A DNA stretch of 64,000 nucleotides, from contig JAMCSD010000006.1 of assembly GCA_023380755.1 (NCBI GenBank), positions 316,735 to 380,734 on the forward strand, given 5' to 3'. Position numbers and translations under genes: made by a program. Positions within the stretch are counted from its first letter, which is position 1, and every line of letters starts with the position of its first letter. The DNA is from Patescibacteria group bacterium (GTDB lineage Bacteria; Patescibacteriota; Microgenomatia; UBA12405). Shown here piece after piece: positions 18,357 through 27,811 of this stretch. The notes beneath the pieces are model-generated. The model did no database searches. It saw nothing but the letters and a program-made list of their open reading frames with translations, and was not told where the DNA came from.

Positions 18357-18770
18357 TTAATGCTCCTTTTCTTGGGCTTCTAATAGCCATTCGGGCTTAC
18401 CGAGCGGGTCAATGCCGCTCACTTCCATCAGCTTCAGATACCAGCCGATACTCATCACATTCGTTTTGTCCTCCGAATAGGGGTTTGGACCGGTCTCTTC
18501 GCCAGCCATAAACCGTCGTGCATAGTCCAGTTGGACCGCGTAGCGGACACCGTTAATGCCCAGCAGCGCGTTCAGGCCGTCCGCTCGGGCGCACAGTATC
18601 ATCCAATCCCGGGCCAGCGCCTTATGTTTGTCACAACACTTCATTTCATACCACAACTCTCTGTCACAATTCGGTCCTGGGACATTCTCGGTTACCAATC
18701 GGTCATAATGGGTGAACAGATCAGCGAAAAACTTGCGAACCAACTCCTGTTCTTGTGTATCTATAGTCAT
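18357..18770 (-). CDS. hypothetical protein, Cys/CC/His family paralog 2
   Basis: PNCDRELWYEMKCCDKHKAL; SD AGGAG. Confidence 0.82.
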   Translation of the reverse strand: MTIDTQEQELVRKFFADLFTHYDRLVTENVPGPNCDRELWYEMKCCDKHKALARDWMILCARADGLNALLGINGVRYAVQLDYARRFMAGEETGPNPYSEDKTNVMSIGWYLKLMEVSGIDPLGKPEWLLEAQEKEH

Positions 18771-18900
18771 TTCTTTGCTCCTGATAATTTTTCATTTCAA
18801 TCCGCAGTTTGTTAAGGTCCAAAAAGTCCCAATAACGCCTTTTAGCCGCTAAGGCTTAAATTGTTATTTCTGGGGAATTATACACCAATTACAAACAATA

Positions 18901-18942
18901 AATCCGCCAGGGACAAAATTTCTTTTCCTCCTCTGGCGGATT
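18901..18942. repeat. hairpin/terminator, copy 2 of the repeated element
   Basis: AATCCGCCAG...CTGGCGGATT; 25-bp identity to 17921-17945. Confidence 0.8.
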
Positions 18943-18973
18943 TAGGTTCTTCAAAAGACTTGGGACATTGTGT

Positions 18974-19354
18974 TTATTTTATTTCTATTTCTGCCAAAGA
19001 TACTCCGCTAGCCTCTGCCAGACGCACAATCCATGACGAAGTCATGACGAAATCAGCTAGGGAATCGCCGTCATACACTGGTGGGTCGACACCTTTTTCC
19101 ACTGCCTGGCGATAAGCATTCGAAAAAGCCATGGGTATCGCCCCCAACTTTAAGCAGTCATTGAGAACATCAGCCCGCACTGTCAGCTCCGTATAGGTTC
19201 TGGCCAAATTCCGGTGCCGTTCACAGCAATTCCAGTTCTGGAACAAAGCCCGGTCGCAATCCCGCCAGGGAAAATTTATTTTGTCCCTGACGCCGATAAA
19301 AGCGAAATAGTCGACCAAAAATTGCCTCGCTGTCTCTTGTACTCCTCTGTTCAT
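18974..19354 (-). CDS. hypothetical protein, Cys/CC/His family paralog 3
   Basis: RDCDRALFQNWNCCERHRNL; SD AAGGAG. Confidence 0.82.
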   Translation of the reverse strand: MNRGVQETARQFLVDYFAFIGVRDKINFPWRDCDRALFQNWNCCERHRNLARTYTELTVRADVLNDCLKLGAIPMAFSNAYRQAVEKGVDPPVYDGDSLADFVMTSSWIVRLAEASGVSLAEIEIK

Positions 19355-19476
19355 TAAGCTCCTTGTGGTTGTTGAAACTTTCGGCCGCTGTCCATCCCTA
19401 GTCTGTCAAAGAACCTTTCGCTCCTTACAGTCTTCAGCCGCAATGGCTGATTCTGTCGCCATATTATAATTATACT

Positions 19477-19728
19477 TCAAGAACTTTCTCTGATTTCAAT
19501 TTCACTTCCTTGTAGTAGCGCTTCACAAATTAATTCTCCCGCTTTTTCCCCACCCACAAAAGGCTGATACATTCTGGCATTCTCATTCGTCTGCCCCGCA
19601 AACCGAGTCATGATTACCCCTGTCGGCCGGTGATAAAGCGGCCCATGGGCATAAAACACCCCGACGATTTCCTTGCTCCCGTCATGATCCAACGGTATCG
19701 CCGGCTTAAAAATAAACTCCCCGAACAT
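19477..19728 (-). CDS. hypothetical protein
   Basis: 83-aa ORF with TATAAT shortly upstream of ATG. Confidence 0.6.
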   Translation of the reverse strand: MFGEFIFKPAIPLDHDGSKEIVGVFYAHGPLYHRPTGVIMTRFAGQTNENARMYQPFVGGEKAGELICEALLQGSEIEIRESS

Positions 19729-19880
19729 AGGCCCAGATTATAACAGTTTCCATTGCATCTGGGAATGCTTCAGCGTATACTTCCTGCTAATCAGGAGTAA
19801 GAGTATCGATAGCCATACGTCTTTACGCCTATTTATTGTCTTTTTCGCTCTTTGACAGAAGGAAAGAATTAAGGAGTTTT

Positions 19881-20555
19881 ATGTTAACCCCCGACAATTT
19901 CAACGGTATTTTTTACTCGCCTCAAACCGGATCCGACAACATCTTTAGTTACCAAGAAGCCTTTGTCGACGAAATCTCCGATCGCGAGGATGGTCTGTTT
20001 TTGTCTCTTGGCGCCTATGTCGATTTGGTCATCAACGGCTATGCCGAGTTAGCTAATAAGATTTTCTACAAAACCAAAGAGGTTTGGCCGGACATCGACT
20101 GGACCAGGGTCGAGAAGGTCTTACAAGATGTCCACGAATTGTCCTTTCGGCAGCCCGATAACTGGCGGCACGAAGTATACGAAATGGTCTCTTACAGCTT
20201 CTTAGGGGCTAAACATCAAGTCCCGGAAACTTATCGCAGTTTCTACTTTGATCCCGAAACAGTCAAGGTAATCTTTGCCCTTCGCGGTCAAATTGTGACG
20301 ATTAACCATGAGCATTTCCCTGATTCCTATACCATGCCAATACGGGTACTAGTTGATTGTGACCTTAACCACGAAACCGAACTGGCTACTGAAATCTCTG
20401 ACATGCTCTCTTTTTACCAACCCGATGCCGATTGGCTTTTCATCGCCCATTTTCGTCAAATCGCCCAGAGTATGGCCGAATTATCCTTATCCCGTCAAGT
20501 TAAACCACTCTTTATTTTTAAGATGGATGACGTAGTGAGCGTAGTGTCATTGTGA
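19881..20555 (+). CDS. hypothetical protein
   Basis: Long acidic ORF; SD AAGGAG before ATG 19881; hairpin downstream. Confidence 0.75.
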   Translation: MLTPDNFNGIFYSPQTGSDNIFSYQEAFVDEISDREDGLFLSLGAYVDLVINGYAELANKIFYKTKEVWPDIDWTRVEKVLQDVHELSFRQPDNWRHEVYEMVSYSFLGAKHQVPETYRSFYFDPETVKVIFALRGQIVTINHEHFPDSYTMPIRVLVDCDLNHETELATEISDMLSFYQPDADWLFIAHFRQIAQSMAELSLSRQVKPLFIFKMDDVVSVVSL

Positions 20556-20621
20556 GTCTGCCTTTGGCCCGGGGAGTCAATCTTTATTTCAAACTTCCCG
20601 GGCATTCTTTCCTTCTGTTAT

Positions 20622-20957
20622 TTATTTTCTTTTTATCCGGCAGAGCAATTCTGTATCTTCCACTGTTACCCCGCAGCCCCGATAAAGTTGCAATTCGGTA
20701 ATTCCCCATTCATCCGTGTGCGTAAAAACAACGCCTTCGGTATCCATATTAGTCCCTAAGACGTTAAAGCGGACAGTTAGGGGATTAAGCACCCATTCTT
20801 CGTTAACCATTTCATGAGTTATTCCCATAAATCTTTGGCCTAATATCGGTAAAATTTCTCTTAACCTATCCTGTGGGTAATAACCATCATCTTTGGCATC
20901 AATGGTTAAGTCACTCAATGTTCCTTTCCGGTTTTCGACATGAATTTCTAGGCTCAT
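20622..20957 (-). CDS. hypothetical protein
   Basis: 111-aa ORF, -10 TAAAAT 6 nt before ATG. Confidence 0.65.
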   Translation of the reverse strand: MSLEIHVENRKGTLSDLTIDAKDDGYYPQDRLREILPILGQRFMGITHEMVNEEWVLNPLTVRFNVLGTNMDTEGVVFTHTDEWGITELQLYRGCGVTVEDTELLCRIKRK

Positions 20958-21039
20958 AATATAATTTTAGCACCCCTAAGTCCTCGTCCGGATCTGTATT
21001 CCTTTATCTTGGGCTCGTTAACCGTTAATAAGTTCTCGC

Positions 21040-22377
21040 TTAAATATTCCTGCTTTCTAGTTTTTGTAACAGCACCTCTCGCTCGTTTAAGCTGGGATCC
21101 CTTTCCACTTCAGCAAAAATGTCATTCAAAATTTGGCCGACTTTTGGTCCCGGTTTAATCCCCAACACCCTCATCACATCGTGGCCGTCAATTTTTAGGT
21201 CCTTAACACTGAATGGCTGCTTTTGTACTTCCACTACCCGGTTTTTGAAATCCTCCAATCGCCAGCTGCTTTCTTTGGCGCCACTTCCTAACCGGTCCGC
21301 TCGCCGCAGCGACAGCATCTCATTCACCAATTCTGGCGTTACGTGGCGAATAAACCGCCGCACCGCGCTGTCCGTTTGGCTCTCGGCAGTACTAAACATG
21401 TGCCATCTCACCAGACGGAACAATTGGTCCATCTCTTTGTTTGATAATCTTAGCCTTTTGCCGACCGCCGCTGCCATTCTGGCCCCGACGACTTCGTGGT
21501 TATGAAATGTCCGGGCTTCCCCTTCGCCCTTCATCACTCTTGGCTTGGCCACATCGTGCAGCAGCACTGCCAATCTGGTCACCGGGTCATGGCTGTCGGT
21601 ATTCTGCAGGGCATTGATACTGTGGGTCCAGACATCGTAAATATGGTGGCCTTTTTGCGACACGCCATATCCTTCTAATAGTTCGGGCAAAATCATTTGT
21701 AAGACTCCGGTGTTCTTCATCAGGGTCAAAGCAATCGCTGGTTGGTCGCCGGCTAATAGCTTAAACAGCTCATCCCGCACTCGTTCCGCCGAAATGTTTT
21801 CGAGCAAAGGAGCCTTCTTTTCCGCTGCCAATAAAGTTTTCTCTTCGATCATGAATCCCAACTGGGCTGCCATCCGGAAAGCCTTCAAAATCCGCAGCGC
21901 ATCCTCTTGGAACCGTTCCTCCGGATCCCGCACTGCCCGGACCAGTTTGTTCTTGATATCCTCTTGGCCGCCAAACACGTCGACTAAATCCGGTTTCCCC
22001 TGAGCCTGCCGCCAGGCCATGGCATTAACTGTAAAGTCCCGCCGGCTCAAGTCCTCCTCAATTGTTTTACCCCACTGAATTTCTGACGGGTGCCGGAAGT
22101 CGCCGTAGCCTTTTTCTGAGCGGTAAGTGGTAATTTCAAAAATTTCTTTATCTTTACTCACCACCCTAAACGTTCCGAATTCGTTATTATAAAAGCCGCT
22201 TTTCGGGAAGGCCTTTTGCATCTCCTCGGGTGTCAAATTGGTGGCAAAATCCCAATCATAAATTTCCCGGCCGATTATCAGATCCCGCACCGCTCCGCCG
22301 ACTATATAAATTTCTCCTCCCGCTTTCTCCACTTTTTCCATTAAGTCGGTCACTTTCTTGGGAATTTTGAAATCCAT
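21040..22377 (-). CDS. cca: CCA-adding tRNA nucleotidyltransferase with HD domain
   Basis: IVGGAVRD...DWDFAT, EITTYR, DL.RRDFT.NAMA, RFQED.LR, ERVRDE, LLHDVAKP. Confidence 0.94.
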   Translation of the reverse strand: MDFKIPKKVTDLMEKVEKAGGEIYIVGGAVRDLIIGREIYDWDFATNLTPEEMQKAFPKSGFYNNEFGTFRVVSKDKEIFEITTYRSEKGYGDFRHPSEIQWGKTIEEDLSRRDFTVNAMAWRQAQGKPDLVDVFGGQEDIKNKLVRAVRDPEERFQEDALRILKAFRMAAQLGFMIEEKTLLAAEKKAPLLENISAERVRDELFKLLAGDQPAIALTLMKNTGVLQMILPELLEGYGVSQKGHHIYDVWTHSINALQNTDSHDPVTRLAVLLHDVAKPRVMKGEGEARTFHNHEVVGARMAAAVGKRLRLSNKEMDQLFRLVRWHMFSTAESQTDSAVRRFIRHVTPELVNEMLSLRRADRLGSGAKESSWRLEDFKNRVVEVQKQPFSVKDLKIDGHDVMRVLGIKPGPKVGQILNDIFAEVERDPSLNEREVLLQKLESRNI

Positions 22378-22431
22378 ACCTGATTGTAACAAAAAATCTT
22401 CATCTTTCTCCCTGTTTCATTAATCCCCAAA

Positions 22432-23394
22432 TTACATCTTTACCGGTTTGTCTTCCCAAGTGAACAGCGCGCCCACCGATTGGTTTTTGGCAATCCGCCG
22501 GATCACCTTGGCCAAGAGCGGTCCCAACGAGATCACGGTCATTTTATGATTTAATTTTTCTGCCGGAATATCAATCGAATTAGTCAGGAGCAGCCGGTCC
22601 ACGTGCCCGTTGCCTACCTTTTCTTTGCTGTCACCCGATAGCGCTCCATGGGTAATGCAAACAATCACTTCTTTCGCCCCAAATTTTTTAAGTGTTTCGG
22701 CGGCAGCGCAAATTGACCCGCCGGTACTGATTACATCGTCAAGCAGAATAACTCGCTTGCCCTCGACTTCGCCCACCACGTGGGCTACCTCCGACTGGTC
22801 ATGGGCCCGACGGACCTTATCAATAATTGCCAATTTTAGCCCCAACATATCCGCCATCTTATTAGCCCGTTTCACTCCGCCCATATCCGGGGAGACGATC
22901 ACCGCGTCAGATAGCAGTTTATGGCTCTTTAAGTATTTAGCAAATAGGGGATAAGCCAAAAAATGGTCCACCGGGATATCATAAAATCCCTGGATCTGAT
23001 CGGCATGCAGGTCAAATGTCAATAATCGGTCCGCCCCGGCTTTGGTGATTAAATTAGCCACCAGCTTCGAGCTAATCGCTTCCCGGGAACTTACCTTCCG
23101 GTCTTGTCGGCTATAGCACAAGTAAGGGCAGACCAAATTAATCCGTCCCACCGACGCCCGCCGCAGGGCATCGATCATAATTAAAGTTTCCATTAGGTGG
23201 TCATTAGCCGGGGCATTCAGGCTCTGGATGACATAAACATCATCCCCACGCACCTTTTCTTTAATCCGGACATAAATTTCCCCGTCCGAAAAATGTCTAA
23301 TATCTACGGGAGTTAAGGGAGCCTTTAACAATTGGCTGATTTCCTGGGCGAGTTGAGGGTGGGAACTACCGGCAATAAGTTGCACACCTTTCAT
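22432..23394 (-). CDS. prs: ribose-phosphate pyrophosphokinase
   Basis: FSDGE, YSRQDR, DLHADQIQGFY, SPDMGG, DDVISTGGS. Confidence 0.98.
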   Translation of the reverse strand: MKGVQLIAGSSHPQLAQEISQLLKAPLTPVDIRHFSDGEIYVRIKEKVRGDDVYVIQSLNAPANDHLMETLIMIDALRRASVGRINLVCPYLCYSRQDRKVSSREAISSKLVANLITKAGADRLLTFDLHADQIQGFYDIPVDHFLAYPLFAKYLKSHKLLSDAVIVSPDMGGVKRANKMADMLGLKLAIIDKVRRAHDQSEVAHVVGEVEGKRVILLDDVISTGGSICAAAETLKKFGAKEVIVCITHGALSGDSKEKVGNGHVDRLLLTNSIDIPAEKLNHKMTVISLGPLLAKVIRRIAKNQSVGALFTWEDKPVKM

Positions 23395-23566
23395 CCACGA
23401 AAATTATACCCATCCTTCTTACTTTGTAAACCGGTCATTTTTAATATTTGACACTTTTACCCAATCCTGCTACTATTTCCTTTCAAAAGGATAAAGACAT
23501 TTGCGTCCTTATCTTGGTCGTCTGTCGTACGTTGACAATCAGCGGAAAAATTATAAGGAGATTGAG

Positions 23567-23893
23567 ATGACTAAAGAGAAAGTAAGACCGAACGTTTTTG
23601 AGCTACCGCGGATCATCGGCTATATCCTCGCTATTCTTGGCGGTATTGTCGCCATCGGTTTGGCTTTAACCGTCACCCATAATGCCAGTCCTCTTTGGGC
23701 TATCATCCTGGTGATCTGGGGTCTGGAACGAGTCGCCATAGTTAGTGTCCGCCGTCCCTGGATGCCGGCTCTTCGCGGTTTAGTCCTGGGTGTTGGCTAC
23801 GCCTTACTTGGCGTCGTGGCTGTCTATTTACAAAACGCTTACGTCCTTTGGGGCATGATCCTGGTGAACTGGTTAGCCGAAGCTTTGGTTTAA
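23567..23893 (+). CDS. 4-TM membrane protein with internal duplication
   Basis: Two similar halves ending N(A)..LW..ILV.W; SD AAGGAG. Confidence 0.75.
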   Translation: MTKEKVRPNVFELPRIIGYILAILGGIVAIGLALTVTHNASPLWAIILVIWGLERVAIVSVRRPWMPALRGLVLGVGYALLGVVAVYLQNAYVLWGMILVNWLAEALV

Positions 23894-23903
23894 GGAGTTT
23901 TTA

Positions 23904-24104
23904 ATGAAAATCACTCTCTTTATGGTCGGTTCGATTATGTGTGTTCTCGCCGCAGTTGGAATTTTTGTCTACGGCCTCCTCGACTTGCCAAAGTTGTTTT
24001 TGGTAGTCCCGATGGCTTTGGCTGTTGTCGGTTTTGTTATGCAGTTGATTAACCTTATTCAGGTTCGTCCTAGCAAAACCCTGCCGCCGCGCTGGCCGTA
24101 CTAA
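23904..24104 (+). CDS. small 2-TM membrane protein
   Basis: Hydrophobic 66-aa ORF with SD AAGGAG. Confidence 0.7.
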   Translation: MKITLFMVGSIMCVLAAVGIFVYGLLDLPKLFLVVPMALAVVGFVMQLINLIQVRPSKTLPPRWPY

Positions 24105-24129
24105 TTTAACCTTCCGCTGTTCCACGTTT

Positions 24130-24182
24130 TAGCCCCGGGGCTTCAGGCATTTTGCCTTTTCCTGAAGTTCACGGGGCTTTTA
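24130..24182. terminator. long bidirectional hairpin between convergent genes
   Basis: AGCCCCG..CTTCAGG...CCTGAAG..CGGGGCT then T run. Confidence 0.7.
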
Positions 24183-24186
24183 ATTT

Positions 24187-24519
24187 CTAAGCCTGTTTGG
24201 CGTCTTCCTCCCGCATCCGGTCTATCCAGTCCTTTATCACCATCCCGGTTCGCCGCGGTCCAGTCATGGCGGGTATCTCCAAAATCCGAGCTTTAGGCAA
24301 AAACTGATTTATAATTGGGTCCAAATCTTCTCGCTTTTCGCTGTAGGCAATATAATAGCTGTTCGGATCCACCCGTAATATTATCTTATCCCGGTAAGGC
24401 AGTGGCAGCGCCCCTGCGGGGATATCTTCCAGTAGTGTCTGGTAATCATGAGCCCGGACAAAACGGTCACGTTTAGCTAATTCAGCTTGGATATCATCTC
24501 TACTTGGTATTTCTCCCAT
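24187..24519 (-). CDS. hypothetical protein
   Basis: 110-aa ORF, TATAAT 5 nt before ATG. Confidence 0.7.
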   Translation of the reverse strand: MGEIPSRDDIQAELAKRDRFVRAHDYQTLLEDIPAGALPLPYRDKIILRVDPNSYYIAYSEKREDLDPIINQFLPKARILEIPAMTGPRRTGMVIKDWIDRMREEDAKQA

Positions 24520-24601
24520 ATATAATTATACTAAAATAGTAGGAGATTATATCTGTGGTAACGATTTGACAACAACAACCACAAAATTTTAAAATATATC
24601 C

Positions 24602-25006
24602 ATGCTCAAAGGATTTCGGGATTTTATCTTTCGCGGCAATGTCGTCGATCTGGCGGTAGCTGTCGTTATTGGGGCGGCCTTCAGCAATATTGTTAATTCT
24701 CTGGTAAAGGATTTAATCACCCCGCTAATTGCGGCTATCGGAGGTAACCGGGATTTTTCCAATATTTATTTCACCATCCACAATAGCCGTTTTATGGTTG
24801 GCGATTTTCTCAATTCCCTCATTTCCTTTTTGATCGTTTCCTCGGTCATCTACTTCTTTATCGTCATGCCCATGAACAAGTTTGTTAACTTAATCCGTCA
24901 AGGTCAAAATGTCGATCCCGCTGAAAAAACTTGCCCCGAGTGTTTATCCCAAATTCCCGCTAAGGCCAAGCGTTGTAAATTTTGTACTGCTCCCCAAAAG
25001 AAATAA
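24602..25006 (+). CDS. mscL: large-conductance mechanosensitive channel with C-terminal CxxC-CxxC
   Basis: [24 protein letters not shown]; tail CPEC..CKFC. Confidence 0.97.
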   Translation: MLKGFRDFIFRGNVVDLAVAVVIGAAFSNIVNSLVKDLITPLIAAIGGNRDFSNIYFTIHNSRFMVGDFLNSLISFLIVSSVIYFFIVMPMNKFVNLIRQGQNVDPAEKTCPECLSQIPAKAKRCKFCTAPQKK

Positions 25007-25098
25007 GCCTATAATTTTGACTTCGAATCAATAATTCGGTACAATAATCCCGTTAATTTCGCACATTCATATTTGAAGGTAAATAAGGAGAATAAGCT

Positions 25099-25341
25099 AT
25101 GGTCGACCTTACCATTAAAGTCGATCCCTATGGGGTAGTCGCCAAAATGGATCCCGTCGAACGTCGCCGCTTATTGATTCATCTTCTGGGCGAATTTGTT
25201 GGGTCGGAGACTTTAGATTCAACCGAACTGCAAACGGTTCGCCGGGCTGTTCGCCTCATCAACGCCCACGCTCAATACCGTTTTTCGACAACCAATATCG
25301 GCCTGTCAGACGAGATCTTAAGGAAACTTAATTGGGACTAA
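25099..25341 (+). CDS. hypothetical protein
   Basis: SD AAGGAG; promoter TTGACT-17-TACAAT at 25017-25045. Confidence 0.7.
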   Translation: MVDLTIKVDPYGVVAKMDPVERRRLLIHLLGEFVGSETLDSTELQTVRRAVRLINAHAQYRFSTTNIGLSDEILRKLNWD

Positions 25342-25364
25342 AATGTCCAAGTTTAGGAGGAATC

Positions 25365-25697
25365 ATGCCCCGCAAACAGAAGATCGTTGGTCCGATAAGT
25401 CCGGAACAAGTTGCTGAACTCAAAGCCGGTTCGGTACCTCAAGAGGTTTTCGACGCGTTCAACGATTTGATCCTCGAGAAAATTAACGAAGGTCATGCCT
25501 CTTTTACTCTCAAAGAGGTCGTCGCTCGGATGACTTCTAAAGGATTAGATGAAAAGGACATCTTCAACAAAGGTTGGCTGAATATTGAGCCGGCCTATCG
25601 CAAAAAGGGTTGGAAAGTTGGCTTCGAAAGGCCAGCTCCCGATGAAACGTATGACAGTTATTTTACCTTTGACCTACCTAAGAAGGCCGATTCTTAG
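25365..25697 (+). CDS. phage-like hypothetical protein
   Basis: VP.EV.DAFN.LI...WLNIE..YR..GWKV..ERP...E.Y...F.F pattern recalled from phage hypotheticals; SD AGGAGG. Confidence 0.7.
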   Translation: MPRKQKIVGPISPEQVAELKAGSVPQEVFDAFNDLILEKINEGHASFTLKEVVARMTSKGLDEKDIFNKGWLNIEPAYRKKGWKVGFERPAPDETYDSYFTFDLPKKADS

Positions 25698-26023
25698 CCT
25701 TCTGCAAGCACCGTAAGGTGAATCACGTCCGAAGCTATGGCGATATCGCATCGTCCGAAAAAAGCTGCTTTGGGCAGACTCAATCACCCCAAGGTGCTTT
25801 TTTCGTTTCTTAGGCGTAAATAATCCCATAACATTTGACTTTATTGTCCCAAAGTATATAATAGCCAGGATGTAAAAAATAGTGCCCAGTGTTGACTGTA
25901 ACACTCTGGCGCTGTTTTGTACTTTAACATTCTGGTGTGAATCTCTTTTTCCCTTTGCTACCGCCTTTATAACGACTCATCTCGTTGTCATGGCGGTAGT
26001 AAATATGGAAAGAGAGGTAATTT

Positions 26024-26680
26024 ATGAAAATCATTTTCCGCCCCGTAAAAGGTCTCGAGATTTTACCCATAGCCCTTGGCGGATTTCTGGTTGTGGTCTC
26101 ATTTTCGCTGACTCAATTATGGCCTATAGCAATTATATTATTGCTCTATGGGCTTGGCGCTTATATCGTCAACAATCTCCCTAAGCTGTCCTTTTTGGAT
26201 TCTTGGATCCCCCTAAAGGACAAAAGCCTCCAGGTTAGCTTTTCCCTAAACGAGTTAATCGTTTGGAATAAGCGCGCCAAAGAGCTTAAGGATCCGGTTC
26301 TGAGGGAGGTACTTCACAAAGCCCTTAGTTCTGTTTCCGAGATACGTTTTCAGTACCAGCATCTTGAACCACAACGCCAGCAGTTTTGGGAACGCTACTT
26401 AACTGAAGCAGACAAAGCTTTGGATCTGGTATGGAGAGCCTTAAGCCGGGCAATGGTGGTCAAAACTGCCAATGCCACTGCTTTCCAGGAGCTGCTCCAA
26501 GCTGCTTCTAGTGCGCTTTCCGAAGTTGAGTCTTTTTCCCAAAAGATGGCCGAAGCCACTACGGATATCGACCTAACCGCCATTAGCCGTGGTTTAGCAG
26601 ATTCTCAAGCAGCCAGAGAGTTGCTTGAAGATCGGATTAGTTTGCTTAAGGAAGTACAGATGTACGAAAGGAGTAAGTAG
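26024..26680 (+). CDS. 2-TM plus coiled-coil membrane protein
   Basis: N-terminal TM pair, helical C-terminal region; SD GAGG. Confidence 0.75.
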   Translation: MKIIFRPVKGLEILPIALGGFLVVVSFSLTQLWPIAIILLLYGLGAYIVNNLPKLSFLDSWIPLKDKSLQVSFSLNELIVWNKRAKELKDPVLREVLHKALSSVSEIRFQYQHLEPQRQQFWERYLTEADKALDLVWRALSRAMVVKTANATAFQELLQAASSALSEVESFSQKMAEATTDIDLTAISRGLADSQAARELLEDRISLLKEVQMYERSK

Positions 26681-26682
26681 TC

Positions 26683-27096
26683 ATGGACGAAAATACCAGT
26701 CTCGGTAAGGCCATCGGCCTGTGGATCGTCATCGCTTTCGTTGTGGTCATCGTCGGCGGCATCATTGCTATCGGCTTTGGCTTGCTGGAATCGCCGTTGC
26801 AGAATCTGCATTGGCAGGCCTTCCAGAAGTCCGACGTCAACATTCAAGGCCTACAGACAACCCTCTCGCAAGAGATGGCCAATTATGCCGACTTTGACAC
26901 CAAAATTGCCTTATATAAGGGCAACAAGGATGTCGTCCCCGGTCTCTGTGGTCAACAGAAAGAGCTACTACGGATGTTCTATGAGAACGTTGACAAACTG
27001 ACGGCGGCTGATTCCAACTCCGTTCCCCAATCGGTCAAGGACTTTGTCAAAGATCACCCGCGTAATTCCGTTAATCCAGCTTGTTCGGAACAATAA
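26683..27096 (+). CDS. single-TM exported helical protein
   Basis: N-terminal TM; SD AAGGAG; co-oriented with neighbours. Confidence 0.75.
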   Translation: MDENTSLGKAIGLWIVIAFVVVIVGGIIAIGFGLLESPLQNLHWQAFQKSDVNIQGLQTTLSQEMANYADFDTKIALYKGNKDVVPGLCGQQKELLRMFYENVDKLTAADSNSVPQSVKDFVKDHPRNSVNPACSEQ

Positions 27097-27122
27097 CCCA
27101 TCTGTCACTCGGAGGTATAAAC

Positions 27123-27710
27123 ATGTTCGACCTAACTCTTCGTCAGCTTATCGGCAAGTTCAAGTTTGCTTTCATCGTTCTGGCCATTCTGGTCCCCATG
27201 GCGTTTGCCGCCTGCTCCAGCAGTTCTTCGGTGGTCGAAGAGCAGCGTGCCGTCAACCAGCAGCAAGAGGCAGCCCAAGGACGGGTTCCCCAGCCGGTAA
27301 TGAAGAATTACCTGGAGCGCTACTTGATGGCCGAGCTCTACAAGGCGCGGGATAATGCCGTCGCTACTTGGAGTTATATCCAGAGCCCCTACACCGGCAA
27401 GATCCTCTGGCAGTGCGCTTCCATCGGCTTTCCGATCCCCGGCGGCACCCAGTTGACCAACCCCGAGCAGTACTACTCATCGGGTGGTGTCTTGCCGCAA
27501 GCAGAACCCAACGGCCTCTATACCCCGGCTACTTCCGCGGGAACATATGTGATGTGCGTCAACAAGGACGGCACCATTAGTCCCCAATATAAGGAGCCAG
27601 CAGTCGAGACCTCAATGTGCCCCATCGAAGAGGTCAACGGTGAGGTCCGTTGCATCGAAGGTACTAAACCCTCGCTCAAGATCGACCTCTCCAAGAACAC
27701 CGGCCAGTAA
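27123..27710 (+). CDS. lipoprotein of a phage-associated hypothetical family
   Basis: Lipobox FAAC; ER..., SIGFPIP, Q.TNP, PQAEPNGLY, GT.V.C; SD GGAGG. Confidence 0.75.
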   Translation: MFDLTLRQLIGKFKFAFIVLAILVPMAFAACSSSSSVVEEQRAVNQQQEAAQGRVPQPVMKNYLERYLMAELYKARDNAVATWSYIQSPYTGKILWQCASIGFPIPGGTQLTNPEQYYSSGGVLPQAEPNGLYTPATSAGTYVMCVNKDGTISPQYKEPAVETSMCPIEEVNGEVRCIEGTKPSLKIDLSKNTGQ

Positions 27711-27811
27711 GTCAATCACACCAGAATTAAGAACGGTTGGAAGGCCCTGCCTTTCACTTTGGCCTTCCGCCGTTCTTATCTATTTTTCCCTGAAGTTGTT
27801 ATACTGATTTC

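Noticed and set aside
20665..20675. 11-bp match to the tRNA-Gln 3' flank as an att site
   Set aside because: Too short, inside a CDS, with core genes in between
24930..25006. Zinc-ribbon tail on MscL as a novelty
   Set aside because: A common known MscL variant
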